DNA of 64,000 nt from a virus. Under the pieces are notes generated by a model that saw only the letters and a program-made list of their open reading frames with translations, made no database searches and was not told the origin of the DNA. Shown here piece by piece: positions 17,876 to 27,913 of this stretch. The stretch spans positions 1 through 64,000 of the IMG/VR virus record IMGVR_UViG_3300031994_000101. One strand, written 5' to 3'. Numbering within the stretch: the stretch's first letter is position 1; every line of letters begins with the position of its first letter. A program made the position numbers and the translations under genes.

Positions 17876-18190
17876 ATGGGAACATCAACCATCGTATATA
17901 TCCTGAGTGTGGTAGCGTCGCTCTATGCGACCTACCTGCTCGCCTACCGTCTGTACGACGTGCCGGAAATCGAGGAGCTTGAGCCAGAGCGTATCGTCCT
18001 GCCGAGGATTGTCTACATCGCGGCCTTGATTATGGCATTCATTCCTTTGCTGAACATCATTGCCCTCGTATTCTTTGTCGTCATGCCGCAAGCGGGCAAA
18101 TCCTGTGGCGACTTCCAGATAAAGTCCTGGCTCTTCGAGAAGCCTGAAATGAAAACCGACAACACCGACAATAACCCTGAAAAGAAATAG
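17876..18190 (+). CDS. small membrane protein (2 TM; possible NfeD-like partner of SPFH protein)
   Basis: ORF, two hydrophobic segments, immediately downstream of SPFH gene. Confidence 0.45.
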   Translation: MGTSTIVYILSVVASLYATYLLAYRLYDVPEIEELEPERIVLPRIVYIAALIMAFIPLLNIIALVFFVVMPQAGKSCGDFQIKSWLFEKPEMKTDNTDNNPEKK

Positions 18191-18194
18191 AACT

Positions 18195-18524
18195 ATGACA
18201 ACAAAGAAGAAACCAACCGCCGCCCCAGCCGAAGCGCAGGGTGACGCAAAAGACGAGAAGAAGAAAATGCTCACCGTGAGCGACGAGCGCATGCAGACCG
18301 TGATGCGCCATGTGGACCGTGGTCTGTCGAAGGCGCACGTCACCACCGTCGAGATGCTGATAGCCGCCCGCCAGATGACCGCCTCGGCGCTGGCACAGCT
18401 CTGCACCGACAACCCGCAGGCCGACCGGCTCCAGCTTATTGATGACGTATGCGCCGATCTGCGTCAGGTGCTCATGAAGCGCATCCTGCCCGAAATGGCC
18501 ATCACACCCAAGGGCGAGGCGTAG
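18195..18524 (+). CDS. hypothetical protein (109 aa)
   Basis: ORF. Confidence 0.45.
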   Translation: MTTKKKPTAAPAEAQGDAKDEKKKMLTVSDERMQTVMRHVDRGLSKAHVTTVEMLIAARQMTASALAQLCTDNPQADRLQLIDDVCADLRQVLMKRILPEMAITPKGEA

Positions 18525-18551
18525 TCACTAACCGCAAAAAAGCTACACACA

Positions 18552-19088
18552 ATGAAATTGAAACCAGTTTATGCCGCAGGGCGGAGCGTGAGACTGTCGC
18601 CGCTGCAGCGCATCATGCAGAAGACGGGGCGCAGGCCTACGGAGTGCCGGTGCCAGTTGTGCAAGCGCCAGTGCCACACGCCGTGTCTCGCCACGCCGCA
18701 GGACATCCTGCGGCTGATGGACGCCGGCTACACCTCGCGGCTGGCACCGACGCTCTGGGCGGCGGGCATGGTGATGGGAGTGACGAACCAGCCCGTGCCG
18801 CTGATACAGGCCCGCGTCGAGGACGGCGCGTGGGGCGGACTGCTCGACGTGGGAGCCAACTCGCACTGCACGTTCTTCACCGGCGACGGCCTGTGCGAGC
18901 TGCACGCCCAGGGACTGAAACCCACCGAGGGTCGCCTGTCGCACCACTCCATACGCATCGACAACTTCCGAGCCTCGAAGTCCGTGTCATGGACCGTGGT
19001 GCAGGAATGGCTCTCGCCCGACAATGCCGACGTCGTGGCCGAGGTGACCCGCCGCTACGGGGAGTATATGAAACAGTCACAACATTAA
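18552..19088 (+). CDS. Cys-rich putative metal-binding protein (178 aa)
   Basis: CRCQLCKRQCHTPC cluster near N-terminus. Confidence 0.45.
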   Translation: MKLKPVYAAGRSVRLSPLQRIMQKTGRRPTECRCQLCKRQCHTPCLATPQDILRLMDAGYTSRLAPTLWAAGMVMGVTNQPVPLIQARVEDGAWGGLLDVGANSHCTFFTGDGLCELHAQGLKPTEGRLSHHSIRIDNFRASKSVSWTVVQEWLSPDNADVVAEVTRRYGEYMKQSQH

Positions 19089-19102
19089 CGATTAAGAGCG
19101 AT

Positions 19103-19501
19103 ATGAAATCAAATGAACTGATGATAGGAAATTGGCTGTTTAACAGGAACATTAACAAGGCTATGCAAGTATATCCTATGATGTTTTCTCAAATGTTCCG
19201 TCGGACGCCAGAATCTACTACTGAGGATTATGGATTTTATCCTATCCCACTGGATACACGGCAGCTGGAGAAGAACGGCTGGAAGCTCAACGGAGACGAT
19301 GCGAAGTCCGCCCCCGGCACATGGACGGGTGGCGGCCTGATGCTGGAGCAGGAGCCCGACGGCGATGGATTTCGGATCGTGGTCACCAGCGACTACGACG
19401 ACGAGGACACCAACCGCACTCCCTTTGTCCTGCACTACCTCCACGAGCTGCAGAACGCCCTCCGCCTCTGCGGCATCGAGAAAGAGATTATTGCGTATTA
19501 A
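19103..19501 (+). CDS. hypothetical protein (132 aa)
   Basis: ATG in AAGAGCGATATG context; in frame with 3' part of a spurious 350-aa ORF. Confidence 0.5.
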   Translation: MKSNELMIGNWLFNRNINKAMQVYPMMFSQMFRRTPESTTEDYGFYPIPLDTRQLEKNGWKLNGDDAKSAPGTWTGGGLMLEQEPDGDGFRIVVTSDYDDEDTNRTPFVLHYLHELQNALRLCGIEKEIIAY

Positions 19502-19524
19502 CAATTTAAAAGCTACACAAGATT

Positions 19525-20163
19525 ATGAAACAAGAAACCCCAAAACACCAGCCCTCGCAGCCCGGCACGCAGGACGGCGAGCGCTGCGACTCCGAGTTTA
19601 TCCGGCAGGCGCAAGCCTTTGCCAGCTATATGGCCAAGGAATACGCCGAGCCCGCAGACGGCGACATCGCCATGCTGCTCCTTGCCCTCGATGCCACCGA
19701 CGCGGAGAAGACCGCCCACCTGCACTGCACGATGGGCAACCGCATGCGCATCGCCGCCGACATCGCCGACATCATGCGCGACAAGGAGTGGGGCCGCGAC
19801 CTCTTCCGCAACGCACGCATCATGGCCGGAGGCGACGATGGAGCCACCGACGAACTCCTGCGCCGCAACCGCCGCCGGCTGCGCACCGACTACGCCGTGC
19901 TGATGCTACCATTATTTATGGTAATACTCATCACAGCCCTCGCCATCATCAGCCCCGCCTACAAGTGGACGGATGCCGTCGGCATGGCCATGCTTATGGG
20001 CTTCAACATCCTGCTTATCGTCCGCGACATCCTCGACCGCCGCCGTCAGACAGCCCGCATCTTGGCCGAGCGCCACAGCGAGGACAAGGAGCGGGCAGAG
20101 GCAGCCGCCAAGACTTTCTTCGACATGGTGCGAAACAGGATGAACGATGATGATGATGAATAA
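19525..20163 (+). CDS. membrane hypothetical protein (212 aa, C-terminal TM helices)
   Basis: ORF. Confidence 0.5.
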   Translation: MKQETPKHQPSQPGTQDGERCDSEFIRQAQAFASYMAKEYAEPADGDIAMLLLALDATDAEKTAHLHCTMGNRMRIAADIADIMRDKEWGRDLFRNARIMAGGDDGATDELLRRNRRRLRTDYAVLMLPLFMVILITALAIISPAYKWTDAVGMAMLMGFNILLIVRDILDRRRQTARILAERHSEDKERAEAAAKTFFDMVRNRMNDDDDE

Positions 20164-20183
20164 AACTACAAATTAAACGAATT

Positions 20184-20696
20184 ATGAAGATTATCGCAAA
20201 AAAGGACTCCGCACTGGAGCAGACTGTAAGAGTGATGTGCGAGAAGATGACAGAAGGCATCGTCGGCGCACGGGACATGGTGGAAAAAGCCGCTGGAGTA
20301 AAACCTATGAACATATTCCACATATTTCACTGGGGAACGATATCAAGGTTGGTGCCAGAGTTTGATATCCATCCTGATGACAGGGTAAAGATTGACCCTC
20401 ACATTCTTCGTAAGAAGAAAGGATGTGAGAGTGTCTATGTTCCTGCCCTGCGCTATAAGGAAGGCAAGGATCTTGATGCAGCCTTCCGTGAGTTTGCCAA
20501 GGAGCATGAGGTGACAGAGGAACCGCTGAATGAGTATGGCATCCACATGGTGGACTGGAAGAATGGCATGTCGTATAGCATCCAGCTGGCTCACGATACG
20601 GAGAATAACCGGTATATGCTTGTCTGTTCTGACAGCATCCCCAAAGCGTTTGATAAAAAGAAACTGGCCAAGGATCAGTTTGAGGTGGAGTATTAA
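20184..20696 (+). CDS. hypothetical protein (170 aa)
   Basis: ORF with AACGAATTATG start context. Confidence 0.5.
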   Translation: MKIIAKKDSALEQTVRVMCEKMTEGIVGARDMVEKAAGVKPMNIFHIFHWGTISRLVPEFDIHPDDRVKIDPHILRKKKGCESVYVPALRYKEGKDLDAAFREFAKEHEVTEEPLNEYGIHMVDWKNGMSYSIQLAHDTENNRYMLVCSDSIPKAFDKKKLAKDQFEVEY

Positions 20697-20750
20697 GCAG
20701 GAAGAAGCATTCCGCATCGAGATTACCGAACGGCAGAAAACGGAGAAAGT

Positions 20751-21005
20751 ATGGAATGGTTTAGCATTAACGAACGGCTTCCTGAAGTAGATGAGCGAAC
20801 GGGCGAGAGTGAATTCGTGCTGGTATATCCCGGACACAGATGCTTGCCGAGGATTGCCAGATACTCCAATGGGCTATGTTGCAAGCAAGGCTGGTGGATG
20901 CAAACCATTGGGGAACACCATCCGCTCCGCAATCATCGCGGTCATCCCGCCTTTACCCACTGGGCAGAGATAGAATATCCAGACACTACGAATCAAACGA
21001 AATAA
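20751..21005 (+). CDS. hypothetical protein (84 aa)
   Basis: ORF. Confidence 0.4.
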   Translation: MEWFSINERLPEVDERTGESEFVLVYPGHRCLPRIARYSNGLCCKQGWWMQTIGEHHPLRNHRGHPAFTHWAEIEYPDTTNQTK

Positions 21006-21017
21006 AAGATAAGGTTA

Positions 21018-21389
21018 ATGAAAAAATTCAAAGTAACAGTAACCAGAGCCTGTGAATATGAGGTGACGGTTGACGAGAAGAAATGGGGCTTCACAAAGCA
21101 ACAGTCTTTTGAGCGCTCCCTCTGGAGACTACCAGTTTACGTCGACAAGGACGGCAATCTCGACGTAGAAGCCGCAGGCGGTTTTGCCAGGGCTCTGGCC
21201 GAGCAGACATCAAAACATGGCATCGGCATATTCATCGAGGGCTTCGGCATGTGCGGCACGGACAAAGAAATTGTGGACTACTGGAACAAACTGCAAAACC
21301 ACAAGGACAACCAATTCACCGACGGCCTGTATATCAGTGAGAACTACGACGAAATTGAGTCAGAGATTGAAGAAGTGAAGGAGGACTGA
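21018..21389 (+). CDS. hypothetical protein (123 aa, ends ..EVKED)
   Basis: ORF; 3' end carries GGAGGACTGA. Confidence 0.5.
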   Translation: MKKFKVTVTRACEYEVTVDEKKWGFTKQQSFERSLWRLPVYVDKDGNLDVEAAGGFARALAEQTSKHGIGIFIEGFGMCGTDKEIVDYWNKLQNHKDNQFTDGLYISENYDEIESEIEEVKED

Positions 21390-21393
21390 CACG

Positions 21394-22251
21394 ATGAACT
21401 GGAATATCAACAGCTGCGACGGCATCTACAATTCCTTCGACGTACATTTTACGTCGAAGTGTGACAACCGCTGCCCGCACTGTATCGACGCGCAGTATAG
21501 CGGCAAGGGCATCAAGCACCCCGACGCTCACGCCATCGCCAAGGCCATCATCGACCACCAGGAGGGCTTCGACGACGTGCTGTTCCTGGGCGGCGAACCT
21601 TGTCTGTTCCTGAAGGAGCTTTGTGACTGCATATTCATGATCAAGACCAATACACGGCTGAAATGCTACGTCACCACCTCCGTTCCCCACACATGCTACC
21701 GCCTTTACCCGAAATTCCTGGAGCTGGCAGAGCTGGCAGACGGCATAAACCTCTCCGTACAGCATTACCGCGAAGACATGGCCGATAAGATACGCTGCAC
21801 CACGTCGCGCTACGACCGTCAGGCATTCTACCGCGAGCTGCCGCACAAAGAGCGGTTTCGCATTCATTTGAATCTTGTGCGCCCCTACCTCTGCGACCGC
21901 AACGACGTGTTGTCCTGTCTCCAGCACTACGACAACATGGGATTTCCTGTCATTAAGCTCTCGGAGCTTCAGCGTGCCACCAACAGCTACGCATCGTTTG
22001 AGCAGATAATGGGCATACGTCTGCCGTCGCCATTTGCCCACGGTTGCCAGACATGGTTCGACATGCGTCAGCTGCTGCCCGAGTACAAAGGCCGGCTGTT
22101 GCTGAAACGCTCCTGCTTCCTGAACGAAGAGACGCGGCGGGCAAGCCTGGCGGACGGCATCAAGGTATTGCGCAAGTGTCTGGTCAGACCGCGACCACAA
22201 CACTATGCCGTAGTCTATGAAGACGGCTCACTCAGCAACGGGTGGGTATAA
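21394..22251 (+). CDS. radical SAM enzyme (CxxxCxxC, GGEP)
   Basis: FTSKCDNRCPHCID (Cx3Cx2C) and LFLGGEPCLF; 285 aa, no SPASM extension apparent. Confidence 0.65.
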   Translation: MNWNINSCDGIYNSFDVHFTSKCDNRCPHCIDAQYSGKGIKHPDAHAIAKAIIDHQEGFDDVLFLGGEPCLFLKELCDCIFMIKTNTRLKCYVTTSVPHTCYRLYPKFLELAELADGINLSVQHYREDMADKIRCTTSRYDRQAFYRELPHKERFRIHLNLVRPYLCDRNDVLSCLQHYDNMGFPVIKLSELQRATNSYASFEQIMGIRLPSPFAHGCQTWFDMRQLLPEYKGRLLLKRSCFLNEETRRASLADGIKVLRKCLVRPRPQHYAVVYEDGSLSNGWV

Positions 22252-22283
22252 CATTTACAAACCATTTAATAACATCAACAGCT

Positions 22284-22460
22284 ATGTGGACAAAATTTCT
22301 TAGAAACATGATGGCGCAACACGCGCTGAAGATGAGCCACTGCTCAACAGGTGGCGGTGCCTGTCACTGCACAAGTGGAGAAACCCTATACCGGAAGGTA
22401 GGCTACGGGCATTGCGCCACCTACGAGCCTGTCAACCGAGGTTTCGGGCACTGCGGGTGA
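22284..22460 (+). CDS. small Cys/Gly-rich peptide (58 aa from ATG; track ORF uses GTG at 22242)
   Basis: ..HCSTGGGACHCTSGETLYRKVGYGHCATYEPVNRGFGHCG; directly downstream of radical SAM gene. Confidence 0.3.
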   Translation: MWTKFLRNMMAQHALKMSHCSTGGGACHCTSGETLYRKVGYGHCATYEPVNRGFGHCG

Positions 22461-22479
22461 AAGATAGGAGGACTGAGCA

Positions 22480-23109
22480 ATGAGCAGACAAGGCAAGACA
22501 TGGACGTTCCTGCGTCCGAGCGACCCTGCAAGGGTTATCCGTTTCGATCCGACGGGCGAGGACTTCGGGGCGATGTACCTGGCACAGGGCTGGCTCCGCG
22601 ACCACGGCTACCGCTACGGTTCTACCGACTGGAGCAACTACGTGGCTGCCATGAAGGGCGAGCAGTACACACTGCCGCAGAAGCTCTACAACTTCAACCG
22701 CGAGGACTATATGCAGGTGACGGCAGTGATGTATTCCTGCAACTACCGCGAGGGCTGGGTGGAGGTATGGGTCGTGGAACCGATGTGGGTGCTCCACCTC
22801 TTTCTCGAATACCGCTGGTACGACATGATTCTAAGCGGTGAGAAAACCGAGGAGTACCGCCGCTTCTGCAAGCGGTGGAACAAGGCATTTACCGGCATCA
22901 GTACCGACGGTGCTCCACTGTTTTCATTCCGCAACGGCTATCAGCAGCCCAACGTGAACGGCTACACCCACGTCTGCCTGCACCGTGGCTACACCTCCAC
23001 GACGGTCACCTACCGCATCAACGCCGTCACCATCGGCCAGGGGCGCACCGACTGGGGAGCGCCCGACGGCGAGGATGTGTATATCATCAAGCTGGGAGAA
23101 AGGTATTAA
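22480..23109 (+). CDS. ASCH (PUA-like) domain protein
   Basis: GxKxxExR motif: ILSGEKTEEYR; preceded by GGAGGACTGA. Confidence 0.5.
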   Translation: MSRQGKTWTFLRPSDPARVIRFDPTGEDFGAMYLAQGWLRDHGYRYGSTDWSNYVAAMKGEQYTLPQKLYNFNREDYMQVTAVMYSCNYREGWVEVWVVEPMWVLHLFLEYRWYDMILSGEKTEEYRRFCKRWNKAFTGISTDGAPLFSFRNGYQQPNVNGYTHVCLHRGYTSTTVTYRINAVTIGQGRTDWGAPDGEDVYIIKLGERY

Positions 23110-23129
23110 CAAGTTAAACAAAGAGCAAT

Positions 23130-23750
23130 ATGACAAAGAAACAACGAGACCGCAAGAACCGCAAGCGAGCTATAAAGGTGGGCGAGCTGAGTCTGAAGGA
23201 CTGCACCGTCCGCTACGTCGATGTACAGTTTCTGATGAAGGTCGGTGGCAAGGTGTTCGGCGGCAAGCGGTTCCATTACCAACGGGACCGGTCCACGTCG
23301 GCCAGCGATCTGGAGTTGCTGGCGCGAATCATTATGAGCTGGGAGAAGACCGTTGACTTCGGCACCACTCACGCCGACGAGTTTCTGCGCGAAGTGGAAG
23401 GCCGCATAGCCAACCGCAGCGGGCTGACAGCCGACGAACTTTTCCGCAAGTACTGGGTGAACTACCGAGAGACCGTGGAGCAGGAGTTTGAGCGCGACAA
23501 CAAGGGTGTCGCCGATCACCCGCTCTATCAGCACGAAAACGACTGCCTGAAGTACAGGGCCGCCATGTGGCTGCACAGCTTCTTCAACGAGCCGCTGCCC
23601 ATAAAGCTCGCCTTGCTTTACGGCATCTACCGCATAGGCTATGCCGCCGACGGCTTCGACGGCATGCGGCAGGAGATAGAGCAGATACCGCATACCATCC
23701 GTGATATCGTGGACGGGATGATAGTAAAGAGTAAAAATAAGGAGGACTGA
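23130..23750 (+). CDS. hypothetical protein (206 aa, ends ..KNKED)
   Basis: ORF. Confidence 0.5.
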   Translation: MTKKQRDRKNRKRAIKVGELSLKDCTVRYVDVQFLMKVGGKVFGGKRFHYQRDRSTSASDLELLARIIMSWEKTVDFGTTHADEFLREVEGRIANRSGLTADELFRKYWVNYRETVEQEFERDNKGVADHPLYQHENDCLKYRAAMWLHSFFNEPLPIKLALLYGIYRIGYAADGFDGMRQEIEQIPHTIRDIVDGMIVKSKNKED

Positions 23751-23753
23751 ATT

Positions 23754-24179
23754 ATGCCAATATTAAACATTGAACTGAGTGACTATGATGCGCTCAGAGA
23801 CAGAGTGAAACAACTGGAGTGTGAGAACAAGAACCTTTCGGAGGCCATCGAAGACAAAGCAGAGGATGGTCGTCTGAGGGTTATCAAGAAGACGGTGACA
23901 ATAACGCTCAACCCGTGGAAGACGGTCAACGAACACGCATTGGATTCATGCACCGAGAAGTACGAGTTCCTGAACTTCGACGATATTGAGCAGGAGGCCA
24001 AGAGCCAGTTTTATAAGGACATGGCTAACCGCATCCAGAGCCAGGAGCGGCAGGAAATCTCAGAGCTGAAAGAGCAGTTGAAGCATAGCCAGGAGCAACT
24101 TGACAGTTCGCTCGGGCGCATCGACCGGCTAATGAAGCGCAACTGGTGGAACAGACTGTGGAATAAAGGAGCGGAATAG
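23754..24179 (+). CDS. coiled-coil hypothetical protein (141 aa)
   Basis: ORF. Confidence 0.5.
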   Translation: MPILNIELSDYDALRDRVKQLECENKNLSEAIEDKAEDGRLRVIKKTVTITLNPWKTVNEHALDSCTEKYEFLNFDDIEQEAKSQFYKDMANRIQSQERQEISELKEQLKHSQEQLDSSLGRIDRLMKRNWWNRLWNKGAE

Positions 24180-24184
24180 CTAAT

Positions 24185-24592
24185 ATGGAAGCAAAAGAGT
24201 TAATGGCTGGCGACATCGTTAGGCAGAAGCACAGCGGACTGATTCTGAAAGTCTCTGAAATAGTACCGCCGTACATCAGAGCAGAAGGCGAAGACGGACA
24301 GTTTCACGAAGACACCGTAGAGCCAATACCACTCTCTGCCGAGTTCTTCGACAGCATCGGGTGGCACCGCATGGAGGGCGGCAAGTACGACAAACGCTAT
24401 TTCTGGGCAGACGACTCCTGCGAGATGACGGCACACGAGTTCAATGACGGCATGTGGCACGTGGGGCATGACTGCATCGAAATGGGCGGATTCCCCATTG
24501 AGTGCGTGAACATCGGTTGGGTACATGAGTTGCAACATTTCATAACCCACTGCTCGGTGGATATGGAGATTAAGCTAAAGAAGGGGGACTGA
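24185..24592 (+). CDS. hypothetical protein (135 aa)
   Basis: ORF. Confidence 0.5.
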   Translation: MEAKELMAGDIVRQKHSGLILKVSEIVPPYIRAEGEDGQFHEDTVEPIPLSAEFFDSIGWHRMEGGKYDKRYFWADDSCEMTAHEFNDGMWHVGHDCIEMGGFPIECVNIGWVHELQHFITHCSVDMEIKLKKGD

Positions 24593-24596
24593 GCGT

Positions 24597-24815
24597 ATGA
24601 CGAGATACACATTGATGCTATTTCAGATGGCATACCCCGAGCAGATAAAAATCGACAAGAGCAAAGTGAAAGACGGCATTCACATAGAGTGCTGGCTTCT
24701 TAATGAAGACAAAGAACCTCACATGCTTTTATTCGATGGCGGTCCGTTTCCGACGGAAGAGAAAGTTAATGATACGATCCAGAAATTACTGGCAGTACAA
24801 TTAAACGAACAGTGA
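24597..24815 (+). CDS. hypothetical protein (72 aa)
   Basis: ORF preceded by GGGGGACTGAGCGT-ATG. Confidence 0.45.
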   Translation: MTRYTLMLFQMAYPEQIKIDKSKVKDGIHIECWLLNEDKEPHMLLFDGGPFPTEEKVNDTIQKLLAVQLNEQ

Positions 24816-24941
24816 GGATATGGAATGTGGAGTAAGGAAAAAACCGCAATGGTGCAGGATAGCTTCAATCATTCGATGCGAGGAATGTCCGCACTGGCAG
24901 CTGTCTTTAGAAGAATGGATAGAATTAAAAAATAGAACGAT

Positions 24942-25319
24942 ATGATTAAGGACAACATGTTTTACAGCGACCCGACGCTGAAGGACTATCGGGAGATGGA
25001 CATTGAAAAGATTATCGAAGAGTATCTGCTGACCAAAGGCACTTGGTATAAATCTCCACTCAAAAACGAAAAGCCGAAGCAGATAAACAAAGTAGTGAGT
25101 GCAAAGAACCTTGTGTCTTCGGGGCTGTTTGTCTATGGACTGAAAGACAATCCGACGAATAAGCGGGCTGTAGAATACTACTGCGAGCGGTGGGGACATA
25201 TACACCAGATTATCGACGAGCATGACGTGATACGAATCCCTGAAGATTTATGGAACCGATGCGACGAGTACAACCGAATACACACCAACGGCAATGACCG
25301 CAAACCAATGGAGGACTGA
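24942..25319 (+). CDS. hypothetical protein (125 aa, ends ..PMED)
   Basis: ORF; start context AGAACGATATG. Confidence 0.5.
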   Translation: MIKDNMFYSDPTLKDYREMDIEKIIEEYLLTKGTWYKSPLKNEKPKQINKVVSAKNLVSSGLFVYGLKDNPTNKRAVEYYCERWGHIHQIIDEHDVIRIPEDLWNRCDEYNRIHTNGNDRKPMED

Positions 25320-25323
25320 GCGT

Positions 25324-25809
25324 ATGAATTTATCAGAAGACATCAGAAAAGAGATTTGGCAAATGGCTTCTACCCCTGAAAGCGTGTGCTATATTGAGAA
25401 GCACGACGGTGAGGGGTTCAAGGTGGAAGAGATTGACGGCGACTACTGTCATTTCTGTGCCACCGAGAAAGCGAGGGAGCTCGACAAAGAGAACGGCGGT
25501 AAGTATTATCATCAGGTATATGAAGAGACATCGCCAGAGAGCGACCATTTCAGCCATTGCGCGGAGTGCGGCTGCCTGCTCAATGCCGCGCTGATCGTCT
25601 GCAGCTGGAATGAAGATGACATCAACTGTATTGTTGAAGATTTGAAGCAGGTGAAATCTTTTGAGGACATCAAGGGCGACCTTGCGTGGAAAATTGACCA
25701 GGTACTCGACAGCGAGGATGAAGCCTGCGAGTGGTTCCCCAAACAGATGAAATATATCGGCAGGAGGTTGAGTAATCTTTATAAGAAAGAAAGGAGGACT
25801 GAACGATGA
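25324..25809 (+). CDS. Cys-rich hypothetical protein (start moved to ATG 25324 after GGAGGACTGAGCGT)
   Basis: ORF 25294..25809 in track; downstream ATG has conserved upstream motif. Confidence 0.45.
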   Translation: MNLSEDIRKEIWQMASTPESVCYIEKHDGEGFKVEEIDGDYCHFCATEKARELDKENGGKYYHQVYEETSPESDHFSHCAECGCLLNAALIVCSWNEDDINCIVEDLKQVKSFEDIKGDLAWKIDQVLDSEDEACEWFPKQMKYIGRRLSNLYKKERRTER

Positions 25810-26282
25810 AGCACGTCAGAATGACACGTCACGGGCGAGGACCGCTGCACACTTACTACCGCCTCGAATGGATGTACGACCAGATGCGCCACGGCGACTA
25901 CGGTACGTCATACGGCATGTGGTACAACATCGCCAACGCCTACGTCCAGTGCTGGGCTCGGGAGCGCAGCAGCGGCAGGAAACGCAAGGAGTACATCAAG
26001 AAGATTATCCACGTATGGGTAGAGGGCGATATCCGATGGGGTATCGAGTACAATAGCAAACATGAGTGGTATCGCGGTTGCAAACCGTGCGACTTTATCA
26101 ATCTGCCAGGCTACGGCAAGGAGGTGTATCATATCCGCGAAATCATCAAGCAGTGGAACAAGTTTGCCAAACCAAACCGCCGTTTTTATGTGGACTTCGA
26201 TGGAAAGGATGGAAAGTACAATGGCATACCCTACGACAAGTGCCTGCAGATTCTCAAAGTGTTGAATGTAAAAAGAAAATAA
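25806..26282 (+). CDS. hypothetical protein (158 aa)
   Basis: ORF, ATGA overlap with upstream gene. Confidence 0.5.
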   Translation: MKHVRMTRHGRGPLHTYYRLEWMYDQMRHGDYGTSYGMWYNIANAYVQCWARERSSGRKRKEYIKKIIHVWVEGDIRWGIEYNSKHEWYRGCKPCDFINLPGYGKEVYHIREIIKQWNKFAKPNRRFYVDFDGKDGKYNGIPYDKCLQILKVLNVKRK

Positions 26283-26288
26283 CGAATT

Positions 26289-27083
26289 ATGACAGATAAT
26301 TATTCAGCCGAAGCCCTGAAGGAACGGGGACACGGCGTTATCGAAGAATCGAAGTGGGAGAATTTCGACAAGATGGTTGACAACAACTGCAAGTCGTGGA
26401 TGGGACTGCGCTACGTGGACAGCGTGCTGCTCCTTTGCGAGATTATGCACAATGAGGCGATGCCGCTGGCGGATCGTCGCCGCCAGGCTTACGACAAGTT
26501 TCAGGAGTTCGACTGCAACGGCACGGCGGCACACATGATCTGCGGTGCCCTGCGCGACCTCTGCACCGACGGCGAGACACTGGCCGAAGAGATACTTGAC
26601 TTCAAGTACGATCCGAACGGCAGCCTGTCGGAGCGCAGGAAGTACCGTGAGCGTATGCAGCCGGTATGGGAACGGGAGAGGAAGATTCGCGAGGACTTGA
26701 AAAGTCACATGTTTATCCGTGATTTTAAGATACTGACCATCGCCCCGAAGGGGAAAGAGGAAGTCAGAGATGTCGTACCCGTCTATTCGACCCGCAGCGG
26801 CATGTTCCTTATTGAGTACCCTTACAAATACAGGTGGGAGGACTGCCTGAAGATTACACGTCACATAGGAAAAGTATTCGGAATGTGTTACGGTATCTTC
26901 AACGGTGTGCCGATGTTCTCGTTCGACACCTACGACACCTTCTTCCGCCGTCAGCACAACGGAATGACGCAGGAAGACTACGCAGAGTTTATGAACGCTC
27001 TTGGCGGCGACCACTATGACGGAGAGAAAGCAGACAGGATATTAAAAGAACGGACATGGAAACATCTGAAAAAAAGATATTAG
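26289..27083 (+). CDS. hypothetical protein (264 aa)
   Basis: ORF. Confidence 0.5.
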   Translation: MTDNYSAEALKERGHGVIEESKWENFDKMVDNNCKSWMGLRYVDSVLLLCEIMHNEAMPLADRRRQAYDKFQEFDCNGTAAHMICGALRDLCTDGETLAEEILDFKYDPNGSLSERRKYRERMQPVWERERKIREDLKSHMFIRDFKILTIAPKGKEEVRDVVPVYSTRSGMFLIEYPYKYRWEDCLKITRHIGKVFGMCYGIFNGVPMFSFDTYDTFFRRQHNGMTQEDYAEFMNALGGDHYDGEKADRILKERTWKHLKKRY

Positions 27084-27085
27084 GC

Positions 27086-27895
27086 ATGGACTGGATAAAG
27101 CGGCTTGCACGCCGCTTCACGCCAGAGCAATTCAGGCAGCAATACTTAGCAAAACCCTTAGCACAACAGCGTATGGAAGAACAAACAATACGCAGGACCG
27201 ACGAGGAACTGTTGACCGCATTCCCCGAGTGCGACCGCATCAAACGAGAGCAGGCAGCACCCATCGTGGTGCAAGTGATGAACGAGGTGGATTCGTGGCG
27301 CAAGTTGCGATACACCATACAAGCCCGACTGCAGGAGCAATATTGGCCAGAGCCTGAATACGACTCCGATGAGTATAAGGAATGGCGGGAATACTTCTAC
27401 GGATGGCACGACGACCGTTTCGAGAAGTGGACGAAACTTGTGGAATGGGAATACGTCTATCGCCACGGCCAGCGTCACACAATGGAAGAAGCCTGCCAGA
27501 TAGCAGCCGACGAGTGGACGCGCATGATATTCGGCAACCACATGCAGGACAACGGCGACCAGTCGGACGCAGGCGGACTGGCAATGGTGTTCGGCACGCT
27601 CGCCAAAGATAAGGCCAAGCGCGGCATCAGCAGCGAGGTCATTGAGAAGTTCCGCAAGCTCTGCAAGGAATACTACCTTGGTGGATGCCGCTATAATGAT
27701 GGCAAATACGGCTGGGTGAATAGTAAGCCGTACTGCGACTACGGGCCAAACGATGCGTTGAGCAGACTATTGGAGCAGGCAGGCGTACCCGACAACAGCA
27801 TTGGCAGCATCTGTCCTTGGAAGACGGGCATCACCGTTGACGAGCGCGACCATGCCGTCATCGTCCGTGGCTATCAGAAGGAAAGGTATATATAA
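27086..27895 (+). CDS. hypothetical protein (start uncertain: 27056 or 27086)
   Basis: ORF. Confidence 0.45.
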   Translation: MDWIKRLARRFTPEQFRQQYLAKPLAQQRMEEQTIRRTDEELLTAFPECDRIKREQAAPIVVQVMNEVDSWRKLRYTIQARLQEQYWPEPEYDSDEYKEWREYFYGWHDDRFEKWTKLVEWEYVYRHGQRHTMEEACQIAADEWTRMIFGNHMQDNGDQSDAGGLAMVFGTLAKDKAKRGISSEVIEKFRKLCKEYYLGGCRYNDGKYGWVNSKPYCDYGPNDALSRLLEQAGVPDNSIGSICPWKTGITVDERDHAVIVRGYQKERYI

Positions 27896-27913
27896 TACTT
27901 AACAAGACGAATT

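Noticed and set aside
18449-20150. Long Arg/Pro-rich ORFs 18449..19501 and 19365..20150 (350 and 261 aa)
   Set aside because: They are off-frame read-throughs of GC-rich coding DNA. They overlap well-formed genes (18552..19088, 19103..19501, 19525..20163) that have conserved start contexts.
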